A stretch of DNA of 64,000 nt from Bacteroidales bacterium (GTDB taxonomy: Bacteria > Bacteroidota > Bacteroidia > Bacteroidales > UBA7960), in NCBI GenBank assembly GCA_003560165.1, contig PWJC01000161.1:2035-66034 (forward strand). Reading direction: 5' to 3'. Every line of letters starts with the position of its first letter. The stretch's first letter is position 1. A model generated the notes under the pieces. That model saw only the letters and a program-made list of their open reading frames with translations. It did not search any database and had not been told where the DNA came from. Shown here piece after piece: positions 9,399 to 19,237 of the stretch. Position numbers and translations under genes: made by a program.

Positions 9399-10370
9399 TC
9401 AGCCCGCAGCCTGAAATGCCTGTGCCGGCTTATTCCCCGACTTTTCCTGTGGATAGCTGCCGGTGACCTGTTTGATGAAGATATCGTTCATGCCGGGGGT
9501 TAATTCATGAAAGGAAAGCAGCCCGGCCGATGGGATCAGTTGCCCGATCAGTTCGTTGACCTGTATTCCTTTTTTGATCCTGATTCGTGCCTTCAGGCTG
9601 CCATCGTGGTCCCAGGCACGTATCAGCTCAAAGCGCCCGTCGAGGATCTCTTCCAGTGGCTTTTTCAAATGGTCCAGTTCGACCTGATAGATCTGCCGGG
9701 CATGGTCTTTCCTGATCTGCCCGACATTGCCCTCCAGTAACTTTTTTGCATTGTCGATCAGGACGATGTGATCGCATATCTCCTCGACCGATCCCATGTT
9801 GTGGGTGGAAAAAATGATGGTGGCGCCCTCATCGCGCAGATGCAGTATCTCTTCCTTGAGCAGGTTGACATTGATGGGGTCGAAGCCGCTGAAGGGTTCG
9901 TCGAAGATCAGCAGGCTTGGTTTGTGCAGGACGGTAATGATGAACTGCACTTTTTGCTGCATGCCTTTGGACAATTCCTCGACTTTCTTGTTCCACCAGG
10001 GCATGAGATCGAATTTGTCGAACCATTCCCTGAGCTGGCTGCGGGCGTCGGATGCACTGATCCCTTTCAGCCGGGCCAGGTAGATCGCCTGCTCCCCTAC
10101 CTTCATTTTTTTGTACAAGCCCCTTTCCTCGGGCAGGTAGCCGATCTGTTGCACATGTTCCGGGCCCAGGGGCTCGCCATGAAAAATGATCTGCCCCCGG
10201 TCGGGAGCAATTATCTGGTTGACGATGCGTATCAGGGTGGTTTTCCCTGCTCCGTTCGGTCCCAGCAGCCCGAATATGCTTTGCCGGGGCACATGCATGC
10301 TCACATCATCAAGAGCCTTGTGGTGGGTGTATTCTTTGGTAATGTGCTCGGCGCGGAGGAGGGTTTCCAT
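9399..10370 (-). CDS. ABC-2 transporter ATP-binding protein (NatA/YhaQ-like)
   Basis: GPNGAGKTT, LSKGMQQK, IFDEPFSG, STH. Confidence 0.92.
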   Translation of the reverse strand: METLLRAEHITKEYTHHKALDDVSMHVPRQSIFGLLGPNGAGKTTLIRIVNQIIAPDRGQIIFHGEPLGPEHVQQIGYLPEERGLYKKMKVGEQAIYLARLKGISASDARSQLREWFDKFDLMPWWNKKVEELSKGMQQKVQFIITVLHKPSLLIFDEPFSGFDPINVNLLKEEILHLRDEGATIIFSTHNMGSVEEICDHIVLIDNAKKLLEGNVGQIRKDHARQIYQVELDHLKKPLEEILDGRFELIRAWDHDGSLKARIRIKKGIQVNELIGQLIPSAGLLSFHELTPGMNDIFIKQVTGSYPQEKSGNKPAQAFQAAG

Positions 10371-10379
10371 CTGCAGGGT

Positions 10380-11549
10380 TTAATTGAAGACGTCTTTCAT
10401 CCGTTCAAAAAAGCTTTTGTCGGTTTTTTTCGGACGGGGTTTGAAATTTTCAGACTCCTTAAGTTGTTCGAGTATCTCTTTCTCTTCCGGGCTGAGTTGC
10501 TGAGGTGTCCAGATGTTGATGTTCACCAGCAGGTCGCCCCGGCCATAGGCATTGACCGAAGGGAGTCCCTTCCCCTTGAGCCGCAACACCTTGCCTGGTT
10601 GTGTCCCTGCTTCGATCTTGATGCGTGCCTTCCCCTCGAGGGTAGGTATATCAACGTTGGTGCCAAGCACGGCCTGGGGAAAACTGATGTGGTGATCGTA
10701 GAGCAGATTCATGCCGTCCCTGATTAGTTTGCTGTGTGGCACTTCTTCCACAACCACAATAAGATCGCCGGGAATCCCGCCCCTGGGAGCTGCATTTCCC
10801 TTGCCGCTGAGCGAAAGCTGCATGCCGTCCTGAACCCCGGCCGGGATGTTGAGGGTGATTACTTCCTCGTCCTTGACGATGCCGTTCCCGTAGCAGGAGG
10901 CACATTTGTCCTCTATGGTCTGGCCTTCGCCCCCACAATTGGGGCAGGTGGAGGTGGTCTGCATCTGCCCCAAAAAGGTATTGGTTACCCGGGTTACCTG
11001 GCCAGAGCCCTTGCATGTGTCGCAGTTGCGGAAAGCCGTTCCGTCTTTGGCGCCTGTTCCCTGGCAGGGCTTGCAGGCAACGTATTTGTTTACCCTGATC
11101 TTTTTCTCGGCCCCCTTGAGGATGTCCTCCAGGGTGAGCCTGACCTTGATGCGCAGGTTGGAGCCTTTGTTCACGCGCCTGGCCGATTGCCTGCCCCCCT
11201 GCCTGCCCGTAGTCCCGAACCCTCCAAATCCGCTACCGAAGGCTCCACCAAAGATGTCGCCAAACTGGCTGAATATGTCTTCCATCGACATGCCGCCGCC
11301 ATATCCGCCACCACCAAATCCGCTGCCGGTACCCGCATGCCCGAACTGGTCGTACTTCGACCTTTTTTCGGGATTGCCAAGCACCTCATAGGCTTCGGCG
11401 GCCTCCTTGAATTTGGCCTCGGCGGTATCGTCGCCAGGGTTTTTGTCGGGATGATACATCAATGCCTTTTGCCTGTAAGCCTTTTTAATTTCCTCAGGAG
11501 AGGCATTGCGCGACACGCCCAGTATTTCGTAATAATCTCTTTTCGACAT
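10380..11549 (-). CDS. dnaJ: Chaperone DnaJ
   Basis: J-domain with HPD, G/F-rich linker, four CxxCxGxG repeats. Confidence 0.98.
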   Translation of the reverse strand: MSKRDYYEILGVSRNASPEEIKKAYRQKALMYHPDKNPGDDTAEAKFKEAAEAYEVLGNPEKRSKYDQFGHAGTGSGFGGGGYGGGMSMEDIFSQFGDIFGGAFGSGFGGFGTTGRQGGRQSARRVNKGSNLRIKVRLTLEDILKGAEKKIRVNKYVACKPCQGTGAKDGTAFRNCDTCKGSGQVTRVTNTFLGQMQTTSTCPNCGGEGQTIEDKCASCYGNGIVKDEEVITLNIPAGVQDGMQLSLSGKGNAAPRGGIPGDLIVVVEEVPHSKLIRDGMNLLYDHHISFPQAVLGTNVDIPTLEGKARIKIEAGTQPGKVLRLKGKGLPSVNAYGRGDLLVNINIWTPQQLSPEEKEILEQLKESENFKPRPKKTDKSFFERMKDVFN

Positions 11550-11559
11550 GCTTGAATAC

Positions 11560-12162
11560 TTAGTTGGCCACTACCACCCTGGCAAAGCGTATGACCTTGC
11601 CGTTGAGCAGATAGCCTTTTTGGATTTCTTCCACTATTTTCCCTTTTTGGTTCTCGTCGGCGGCCGGCACATGGCTGATGGCCTCATGATAATCGGTGTT
11701 GAATGCCTCTCCGACAGTGGGTATTTCTTCTACTCCTTTTTGACGGAGGATGGTTTTGAACTTCTGGTAAATGAGCCTGGCCCCTTCGGCCTCCTCGCAA
11801 GCCTTTTCATTTTCTTTGCTGGCACTGCTGGCCCTTTCCAGGTCATCAAGTACCGGCAGCAGGGCCACGATGATGCTTTCGGCCGCGGTTTTTGTCAACT
11901 CAATGCGTTCTTTCGATACCCGCTTGCGGTAGTTGTCGAACTCCGAAAACAGACGCAGGAATTTGTCATTGGTTTCGGCCAGCCTTGTCTGCTGTGCCTC
12001 GAGCTGCAGCTTATAGCCGTCGATGATCTCCGACACATCGGCACCTGCCTCTGTGGCGGCTTCCTGCTCTGCAGTTTTGTTCCTGTTTCCGGCCTGCCCT
12101 TTCGGACTGGCTTTGCCGCGGGCTTCTTTTTTCATGCTGTCTGAACTGTCTTTCTCCTTCAC
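11560..12162 (-). CDS. grpE: Nucleotide exchange factor GrpE
   Basis: [51 protein letters not shown]; GTG start, with an alternative ATG 9 codons in. Confidence 0.96.
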   Translation of the reverse strand: MKEKDSSDSMKKEARGKASPKGQAGNRNKTAEQEAATEAGADVSEIIDGYKLQLEAQQTRLAETNDKFLRLFSEFDNYRKRVSKERIELTKTAAESIIVALLPVLDDLERASSASKENEKACEEAEGARLIYQKFKTILRQKGVEEIPTVGEAFNTDYHEAISHVPAADENQKGKIVEEIQKGYLLNGKVIRFARVVVAN

Positions 12163-12235
12163 CTTTGCTTGTCTCCTTTTGCTTTAATGTGTTGTTGTTT
12201 TTCGTAATGTGTTGTTGATTCTTGCCCTTAGTGCA

Positions 12236-12251
12236 AGCAATTTTTTTGCCA
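12236..12251 (-). promoter_or_regulatory. Sigma54-type -24/-12 promoter of grpE-dnaJ (TGGCAAAAAAATTGCT)
   Basis: Exact GG-N10-GC spacing with TGGCA and TTGCT boxes, 73 nt upstream of the grpE GTG; no TAnnTTTG element seen in this intergenic region. Confidence 0.7.
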
Positions 12252-12278
12252 TAAACCGAAAAAAGCCATTTTGTCAGC

Positions 12279-13583
12279 TCATTTTCTGATGATGCTGGCA
12301 CCCAAACGGTTTAAGCGGGCATCTATAAACTGGTATCCCCTGTCTATTTGTTCAATGTTGTGGATAATACTGCTTCCTTCGGCGCTGAGGGCTGCGATCA
12401 GCAGTGCCACGCCTGCCCGGATGTCGGGCGAGCTCATCTCCAATGCTCTCAGAGGGTATTGCCGGTCCAGTCCGATCACTGTGGCCCTGTGGTGGTCGCA
12501 CAGGATGATCTGGGCTCCCATGTCGATGAGTTTGTCAACAAAAAATAACCTGCTTTCAAACATTTTCTGGTGCACCAGTACGCTTCCGGATGCCTGTGTG
12601 GCAAGCACCAGTACCACACTGAGCAAATCAGGGGAGAACCCCGGCCAGGGGGCATCGCTGATGGTCAGGATGCTGCCGTCGATGTATTTGTCAACCCTGT
12701 AGCTGTCCTGGGCAGGGATATAAATATCTTCCCCCACCCGTCGCAGATCCACCCCCAGTTTCCGGAACACATCCGGTATAATCCCCAGCTGTTCGTAACA
12801 GACGTCCTTTATAGTGATCTCCGACCGGGTCATCGCCGCCAGGGCAATGAAGCTGCCAATCTCTATCATGTCGGGCAGGAGGCGATGCCGGCAACCCCCC
12901 AGGGAGGCAGCGCCCCTTATGCTGAGCAGGTTAGACCCGATGCCGGTGATGTCAGCCCCCATCAGGTTCAGCATCTTGCAAAGTTGCTGGATATAGGGCT
13001 CACAGGCGGCATTGTAGATGGTGGTGGTGCCTTTGGCCAGGCAGGAAGCCATGATGATGTTCGCCGTGGCAGTGACGGAAGCTTCTTCCAGCAGCATCTG
13101 ACATCCGGTCAGTTGATCGCTTTCGATGTGGTAAAAAGAACTTTGTGGATCGTAATGAAAACGTGCTCCCAGTTTTCCCAGGCCCAGAAAGTGGGTGTCC
13201 AGGCGCCGCCGCCCGATCTTGTCGCCCCCGGGCCTGGGGATCCTGGCCTGCCCAAAACGTGCCAGCAAGGGGCCGACGATCATGACCGATCCCCGCAGTT
13301 GGGCTACCTGCCGGCCGAACTCGGGAGTGCGCAGAAAATCGATGTGAATATCGTGGGCCTGAAACGAATAGCTGTGCTCTTCAAGCTGCCGGACCCTCAC
13401 CCCCATATCGGAAAGGAGCTCTATGAGTTTGATCACATCGCGGATATGGGGTATGTTGTCGATGATGACCTCTTCGGGGGTAAGAAGGGTGGCACTGATG
13501 ACCTGAAGGGCTTCGTTCTTTGCTCCCTGGGGGTTCAGGGAGCCCTGTAAGCGTTTCCCTCCTTGAATTTCAAAAGAACCCAT
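12279..13583 (-). CDS. murA: UDP-N-acetylglucosamine 1-carboxyvinyltransferase
   Basis: GAKNEAL, LRGSVMIVGPLLARFG, PGGDKIGRR, PDMIE, DIRAG, IDRGY; start placed at ATG 13583 (MGSFEIQGG) because the longer ORF overlaps the upstream gene. Confidence 0.96.
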   Translation of the reverse strand: MGSFEIQGGKRLQGSLNPQGAKNEALQVISATLLTPEEVIIDNIPHIRDVIKLIELLSDMGVRVRQLEEHSYSFQAHDIHIDFLRTPEFGRQVAQLRGSVMIVGPLLARFGQARIPRPGGDKIGRRRLDTHFLGLGKLGARFHYDPQSSFYHIESDQLTGCQMLLEEASVTATANIIMASCLAKGTTTIYNAACEPYIQQLCKMLNLMGADITGIGSNLLSIRGAASLGGCRHRLLPDMIEIGSFIALAAMTRSEITIKDVCYEQLGIIPDVFRKLGVDLRRVGEDIYIPAQDSYRVDKYIDGSILTISDAPWPGFSPDLLSVVLVLATQASGSVLVHQKMFESRLFFVDKLIDMGAQIILCDHHRATVIGLDRQYPLRALEMSSPDIRAGVALLIAALSAEGSSIIHNIEQIDRGYQFIDARLNRLGASIIRK

Positions 13584-13671
13584 AAGGTGGCTGGATTTAA
13601 GGGGCTGGTAAGGGGTGGTGCCCAGGGCTTCACAGGCCTGGGCGTTGTCAGGCCCTGGCAGGGGCGGGAGT

Positions 13672-14325
13672 CTAATGGTTTTTCCGGCCCTTGTATTGGT
13701 GTCCCCTTCCCCCGGACTGCTTGCCCTGGAATTTGCGTTTTTTGTTCTTGGATAGAATTTCGCTGGTGTTGTGCAGCTTGACATCATGCTGCAGGGTGAG
13801 TTTTCCGTTGGAGAGTATGGCCAGGTGCTCAGCAATCTCTTCGTCGGTAACGGCATCCTTGTTCCAGGTCAGATATGACTTTTTGAGGTGATTGGCAATG
13901 AGCTTGATCAACGCCTCCTTTTCCTCACCCTCTTCCAATTCGCAGGCTTTTTCAATGATCCGCTCAATATGCCTTCCATAATGCTTGAACGTAACATTGT
14001 TGGTGGCATATTCAAGCTGTTCGGGCTTCCGGGTCAGTATCTCGGGAGACGGCACCGGATAAGGTGAGTCTACATCCAGTTTGAAGTCGGACATAATGAA
14101 CAGGTGATCCCACAGCTTGTGCTTGAAGTCATTGACATCGCGCAGATGGGGGTTGAGCTGCCCCATGACATTGATGGTGGCCCTCGCCAGCTGGTTTCGT
14201 TTTTCCCTGTCGTCGATGGCCATGATGTGCTGGATCATTTTCTGAATATTTCGTCCGTATTCAGAAATGCTCATTTTTGAGCGGGAGGTGTTGTACTCCA
14301 TATTCGGGGAATCGTTGTTTTCCAT
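13672..14325 (-). CDS. DUF4290-like conserved Bacteroidota protein
   Basis: MEYNT...EYGRNIQKM...HKLWDHLFIMSDFKLDVDSPYP...HYGR; recognised from recall, including its position upstream of murA. Confidence 0.85.
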   Translation of the reverse strand: MENNDSPNMEYNTSRSKMSISEYGRNIQKMIQHIMAIDDREKRNQLARATINVMGQLNPHLRDVNDFKHKLWDHLFIMSDFKLDVDSPYPVPSPEILTRKPEQLEYATNNVTFKHYGRHIERIIEKACELEEGEEKEALIKLIANHLKKSYLTWNKDAVTDEEIAEHLAILSNGKLTLQHDVKLHNTSEILSKNKKRKFQGKQSGGRGHQYKGRKNH

Positions 14326-14456
14326 ATATGCATTTGTTTGGTTGAAATAAAACCGGCAATGGTCTGCGATCGGAGAAATATCACCGGAGCGAATCTGGTT
14401 GTCCTGGAAGTGGTCAGGAGGTTGGCCGGTTGGTCTGTCTTGCTAAATCTGTTTTG

Positions 14457-14464
14457 CAAAGATA
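14457..14464 (-). promoter_or_regulatory. sigmaA -7 element (TATCTTTG) for DUF4290-murA
   Basis: CAAAGATA on the + strand. Confidence 0.55.
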
Positions 14465-14488
14465 GGCATTTTAATACAATGTCGGTTT

Positions 14489-16783
14489 TTACAGCAAAAT
14501 TTTCAGCCGCGCATACCTGAGCAGCAATTGTTTTTTTCCTGCCGACTGAAAGGATACCGTTGCCTTTGCATTCTGGCCGCTGCCTTCCATTGCGGTAATG
14601 GTCCCCGTGCCGAAACGCTGGTGCTTCACCTTCATGTGGACGGCCAGGGTTGCCGGGTCGAGAATGGAGAAGCCGCTGCTGTCATTTTCCGGGGCAGGCC
14701 GGACGGGGTCCTGTTCGTGAATCTCCCTGGTCAAACTTTTGAATTTCCGGCGGCTTTCGCCAAAGTTTTCCTGGCTGTCTCCCCTCCTGATCCGTTTTCC
14801 CAGCCCTCCGAGGTGATCAACAAAACCCGGATCCAGCTCATCAATAAAGCGGCTTGGCTCACAAAAATTTACCTGGCCATACCGGAACCGGCTTTGGGTG
14901 TATACCACCGTAGCCCGGACCATGGCGCGGGTGAGGGCCACATAGAACAGCCGTCTTTCTTCCTCAAGCTCAGCCGGTGTATTGATAGAGAGCTGCGAAG
15001 GGAACAGGTTTTCTTCTACCCCGGTTATAAACACATAGGGAAACTCCAGGCCTTTTGCCGCATGGATGGTCATCAACGACACCTTGTCGGTGTCTTCGGG
15101 CTTGTTGTTTTTGGTGTCGGCATCGGTCAGCAGGGCAATATCCTGCATGAACTCATCGAGGGTAGGGGGGGGGGGCTCCCCTTCGCCGGCCACGGACGAT
15201 TGCACGAAATCTTTGAGCCCGCTCAACAGTTCTTCGGTGTTGTCGCGTCGGTTAAGGCCTTCGGGAGTGCCGTCTTCAAAATGCAGTTTCCTGATACCCG
15301 ACTTGTTGACAATGAGTTCGCCCATATCAAACGCGTTAAGCTTAAACAGCCTGGCAGAAAAGCCCTGTATCATGGAGGTGAAGTCTTCCAGTCTGGCCCT
15401 GCTGCCCCCGTGCATTGATACCCCGTGTGCCAAAGGATCGAGCGCCACTTCCCACAGGGGCCTGGCGGTATCCCTGCCCGCTGCCAGGAGCTTATTGACC
15501 GTGGTGGCCCCGATCCCCCTGGGCGGATAGTTCACCACGCGCAGGAAGGCATCCTCGTCCATGGGATTGATCACCAGGCGGAAGTATGCCAGCAGGTCTT
15601 TTACTTCCTTGCGCTGGTAAAACGATAAGCTGCCGAATACCCGGTAAGGGATATTGAGTTTACGAAGGGCCTCTTCCAGGGCCCTCGACTGGGCATTGGT
15701 GCGGTAGAGTACGGCAAAGGCGCTGTTAGGCAGCTGTTTTTGCTGGCTCAGGGTGAATATCTGACCGGCCACCCAGGATGCTTCCTCCCCTTCATTGGCC
15801 GATTGAACGATCTGCACCTTATCGCCTGCCTGGTTGCTGGTCCATATCTTTTTGCGGATCTGCTCCTTGTTGTGGGCTATGAGGCTGTTGGCCGCATTGA
15901 CAATGTGGCGGGTGGAACGGTAGTTCTGCTCCAGTTTGAAAATCCTGTGGTCGGGGTAATCGTTTTTGAAATTCAGGATGTTCCGGATGTTGGCTCCCCT
16001 GAAGGCATAGATGCTTTGAGCATCGTCGCCTACCACACATATGTTTTCGTTATTGGCCGATAATTTTTTAACGATCAGGTACTGGGCGAAATTGGTGTCC
16101 TGGTATTCGTCAACCATGATGTAGTGAAAGCGCTGCTGGTATTTGTACAAAACGTCGGGGAAATCGCGCAGCAATACATTGGTGTTGAACAGCAGGTCGT
16201 CGAAATCCATGGCCGATGCCTTACGTAGCTTTTGCTGATAAAGACTGTAGATGAGTCCCAGCCTGGGTTTTTTTGTCTGGATGTCCTGGGTCTGTATTTC
16301 AGCATCCTCATTGTAATCGAGGGCCGAGATCAGATTGTTTTTTGCATTGGAAATACGGGCCAGCACATAGGAGGGGGCATAGATCTTGTCGTCCAGCTGC
16401 TGCTCCTTGACAATGGCCCGAATCACCCGTTTGGAATCGGCCGTGTCGTAGATGGTAAAATTCTGTGGAAACCCCAGTTTGTCTGATTCCGCCCTCAGCA
16501 TGCGGGCAAACATGCTGTGGAATGTTCCCATCCAAAGGCTTTTGGCCTTGGATGGGTCGATGATCCGGGCCACCCTTTCGCGCATTTCCCTGGCTGCCTT
16601 GTTGGTGAAGGTAAGGGCCAGGATGTGAAAGGGGGAAACCCCGATGCTCAGCAGGTAGGCTACCCGGTAAGTAAGCACCCTGGTTTTGCCGCTGCCTGCC
16701 CCGGCAATTACTATCACAGGCCCGTCAGTGGCCTGTACGGCCTGCTTTTGGGGTTCGTTGAGGTCTTTCAGAAAATCGGCCAT
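14489..16783 (-). CDS. pcrA: ATP-dependent DNA helicase UvrD/PcrA
   Basis: AGAGSGKT, TFTNKAA, VDEYQDTN, VGDDAQSIY, LEQNYRS, TIHAAKGLEF, EERRLFYVALTRA; C-terminal Tudor-like HQRFGTG. Confidence 0.96.
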   Translation of the reverse strand: MADFLKDLNEPQKQAVQATDGPVIVIAGAGSGKTRVLTYRVAYLLSIGVSPFHILALTFTNKAAREMRERVARIIDPSKAKSLWMGTFHSMFARMLRAESDKLGFPQNFTIYDTADSKRVIRAIVKEQQLDDKIYAPSYVLARISNAKNNLISALDYNEDAEIQTQDIQTKKPRLGLIYSLYQQKLRKASAMDFDDLLFNTNVLLRDFPDVLYKYQQRFHYIMVDEYQDTNFAQYLIVKKLSANNENICVVGDDAQSIYAFRGANIRNILNFKNDYPDHRIFKLEQNYRSTRHIVNAANSLIAHNKEQIRKKIWTSNQAGDKVQIVQSANEGEEASWVAGQIFTLSQQKQLPNSAFAVLYRTNAQSRALEEALRKLNIPYRVFGSLSFYQRKEVKDLLAYFRLVINPMDEDAFLRVVNYPPRGIGATTVNKLLAAGRDTARPLWEVALDPLAHGVSMHGGSRARLEDFTSMIQGFSARLFKLNAFDMGELIVNKSGIRKLHFEDGTPEGLNRRDNTEELLSGLKDFVQSSVAGEGEPPPPTLDEFMQDIALLTDADTKNNKPEDTDKVSLMTIHAAKGLEFPYVFITGVEENLFPSQLSINTPAELEEERRLFYVALTRAMVRATVVYTQSRFRYGQVNFCEPSRFIDELDPGFVDHLGGLGKRIRRGDSQENFGESRRKFKSLTREIHEQDPVRPAPENDSSGFSILDPATLAVHMKVKHQRFGTGTITAMEGSGQNAKATVSFQSAGKKQLLLRYARLKILL

Positions 16784-16839
16784 CGTTGCGGGTAAAAATG
16801 CTTACCGGGTTGTCGGGCGCGCGCCCCGGTTTGAGTTTG

Positions 16840-16847
16840 CAAAGATA
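16840..16847 (-). promoter_or_regulatory. sigmaA -7 element (TATCTTTG) for uvrD/pcrA
   Basis: CAAAGATA on the + strand in a divergent intergenic region. Confidence 0.55.
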
Positions 16848-16917
16848 GGAAAATGGTATTCTTAAAATACTTTCTATCTTTATCCCCCACAAACCATTCA
16901 CAAAAATCACCTCCCTC

Positions 16918-18021
16918 ATGAAGCAGTTGTTCACTACCTGTTTAGCAGTATGTATGGCTATAGCGGCCCTGTGTTTTCAATCGGATGCCAATGCCCAGGC
17001 GGCCAATGAACAGATGATCCGGAACCAGGAAAAGATCCTGGAACAGATCGGGGATCTTCGCTACCGTTTCGACGTGCTGGAAAAAGCCGTTGACGACATC
17101 ATGTGGCATCAGGCTGTTGGCGATGTGGCCTATATCGACAAGTTGTTTATGGCCGGCCCCCCGCCCCGGGATGCCGAAAAGTCGACCACCCTGCTGGGAT
17201 CGAACCCCATCAAGTTCTGGACCTATGTGTTCATTCCAAAAGACATTGACCCCGCCAAAAAATATCCCTTGTTGGTGTTTTCTCACGGAGGTGTGCATGG
17301 CGACTTCAATACCTATTATACCCATATTATCCGGGAGCTGATGGCCCAGCAATACATTGTGGTGGCCCCCGAATACCGCGGAAGTACAGGATATGGCAAA
17401 CGTCACCACCAGTTGATCGATTACGGTGGGCTTGAGAACGACGATGTGCACGAAAGCATGCTGATGATGCTCGGGAACTACGACATTGTCGACCGCAGGC
17501 GGGTGGGCCTGATCGGCTGGAGTCACGGGGGGATGATTTCCCTGATGAATGCCTTTGAGCACCCGGAAGCCTATCAGGCGGTCTTTGCAGGGGTGCCCGT
17601 AAGCGACCTGGTTGCCCGCATGGGCTATAAGCGGCCGGCATATGAAATGGACTGGTTCGCTGCCGATCACCACATCGGCCAGGCCGTGCATGAAAACATC
17701 GAGGAATATCGCCGGCGTTCGCCCGTTACCCATGCGCACAAGCTGAATGTGCCCCTGCTGATCCATACCAACACCATCGACGAAGACGTACATGTGCTCG
17801 AAGTACAAAACCTGATCAACACCCTGAAGGCGCACAACAGGCAATTTGAGTACCGCATCTACGAAGACATTCCCGGGGGGCATTCGTTCGACAGGATGGA
17901 TCACCGGATGGGGCGTGACATCCGCTTTGAGATATACAAATTCTTTGAGCAACACTTGTCGCCACCTCGTCCCTTCCGTAATATTAAGGAAATGGAAAGG
18001 GCCGCTTACCGCTATCGGTAA
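16918..18021 (+). CDS. Secreted S9-family (prolyl oligopeptidase/acylaminoacyl peptidase-like) alpha/beta hydrolase
   Basis: Signal peptide; HGGVHG, EYRGSTGYG, GWSHGG nucleophile, DEDV acid, GGHSF His. Confidence 0.88.
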   Translation: MKQLFTTCLAVCMAIAALCFQSDANAQAANEQMIRNQEKILEQIGDLRYRFDVLEKAVDDIMWHQAVGDVAYIDKLFMAGPPPRDAEKSTTLLGSNPIKFWTYVFIPKDIDPAKKYPLLVFSHGGVHGDFNTYYTHIIRELMAQQYIVVAPEYRGSTGYGKRHHQLIDYGGLENDDVHESMLMMLGNYDIVDRRRVGLIGWSHGGMISLMNAFEHPEAYQAVFAGVPVSDLVARMGYKRPAYEMDWFAADHHIGQAVHENIEEYRRRSPVTHAHKLNVPLLIHTNTIDEDVHVLEVQNLINTLKAHNRQFEYRIYEDIPGGHSFDRMDHRMGRDIRFEIYKFFEQHLSPPRPFRNIKEMERAAYRYR

Positions 18022-18060
18022 GCCCCGTTCCCGTCCATCCTACATTCCTGGTTGTGCTTA

Positions 18061-18094
18061 CCCGGGCAGCTACCTGCCGGGAAGTTTTCTTTTT
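18061..18094 (+). terminator. Probable intrinsic terminator after the S9 peptidase
   Basis: CCCGGGCAG-CTAC-CTGCCGGG hairpin (one bulge) followed by a T-rich tract. Confidence 0.5.
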
Positions 18095-18138
18095 CCTCTC
18101 TTTTGCCCTGTTTCCTAAAAAACCTTAAATAATTTCCG

Positions 18139-18146
18139 TAACTTTG
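18139..18146 (+). promoter_or_regulatory. Distal sigmaA -7 element (TAACTTTG) of the rpsL operon
   Basis: Perfect consensus. Confidence 0.6.
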
Positions 18147-18249
18147 TGCCCCTTAAAACCGGGAGGCAATGATTCTGGTGTGCCGGGAATATTTGCTGCC
18201 AGAAGGGGAATTATTTGTTAAACCGTATTGGTTTTAAAAAAATAACTCC

Positions 18250-18257
18250 TACCTTTG
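18250..18257 (+). promoter_or_regulatory. Proximal sigmaA -7 element (TACCTTTG) of the rpsL operon
   Basis: Perfect consensus followed by CAC, 71 nt before the rpsL ATG. Confidence 0.7.
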
Positions 18258-18328
18258 CACTCCCAAAAATAGTTAGGATCGCATTTAATTGGATAAAAAC
18301 GAAGTTTTTACATTAACTGAAATTTAGT

Positions 18329-18709
18329 ATGCCTACAATTCAACAATTGGTTCGCAAGGGACGGGAAAAGGTGACCTACAAAAGCAAATCGCCCGCTTTG
18401 GATTCATGTCCGCAGCGTCGCGGGGTTTGTGTGCGTGTTTATACGACTACTCCAAAAAAACCGAATTCGGCTATGCGCAAGGTGGCCCGGGTCAGGCTGA
18501 CCAATGGCAAGGAGGTGAACGCTTATATTCCCGGCGAAGGACATAACCTTCAGGAGCATTCCATTGTTCTGCTGCGTGGCGGCAGGGTAAAGGATCTGCC
18601 CGGTGTAAGGTATCATATCATTCGCGGTGCACTGGATACAAGCGGCGTAGAGGGCCGTAACCAACGCCGGTCTAAATACGGGACCAAGCGCCCCAAAGCC
18701 AAAAATTAA
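18329..18709 (+). CDS. rpsL: 30S ribosomal protein S12
   Basis: [28 protein letters not shown]. Confidence 0.99.
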   Translation: MPTIQQLVRKGREKVTYKSKSPALDSCPQRRGVCVRVYTTTPKKPNSAMRKVARVRLTNGKEVNAYIPGEGHNLQEHSIVLLRGGRVKDLPGVRYHIIRGALDTSGVEGRNQRRSKYGTKRPKAKN

Positions 18710-18749
18710 GAAACGACCCCATAGAGCATAAAACCTTCATCATCCTGTT

Positions 18750-19217
18750 ATGAGAAAGTCTAAACCCAAGAAGCGGATATTGCTGCCGGATCCCAGGTTC
18801 AACGACATCCTGGTCACACGTTTTGTCAACAACCTGATGTTGCAGGGGAAAAAGAACCTGGCATACGATATTTTTTATCAGGCCATCGATATTGTATCTG
18901 AAAAAACAAAGGAAGAAGGGCTTGAGGTATTCAAGAAGGCCCTGGCCAATGTTACGCCTGCAGTAGAGGTGCGCAGCCGCCGCATCGGTGGTGCCACCTT
19001 TCAGATCCCTGCCGAGATTCGCCCCGACAGGAAAATGTCTGTCGGCATCAAGCACATGATCAATTTTGCACGGAAACGAAACGAAAAAGGGATGGCCGCC
19101 AAGCTGGCCGGTGAGATCATTGCCGGGAGCAAGGAAGAAGGCGGAGCGTTCAAAAGAAAAGAAGATACTCACCGGATGGCGGATGCCAACAAGGCGTTTT
19201 CACACTTCCGCTTCTAA
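18750..19217 (+). CDS. rpsG: 30S ribosomal protein S7
   Basis: [30 protein letters not shown]. Confidence 0.99.
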   Translation: MRKSKPKKRILLPDPRFNDILVTRFVNNLMLQGKKNLAYDIFYQAIDIVSEKTKEEGLEVFKKALANVTPAVEVRSRRIGGATFQIPAEIRPDRKMSVGIKHMINFARKRNEKGMAAKLAGEIIAGSKEEGGAFKRKEDTHRMADANKAFSHFRF

Positions 19218-19237
19218 ACCCAGTCCGGAATCAATCC

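Noticed and set aside
13584-13856. Apparent 91-aa N-terminal extension of MurA overlapping the DUF4290 gene
   Set aside because: MurA homology begins at ATG 13583; the extension is an open frame with no coding signal
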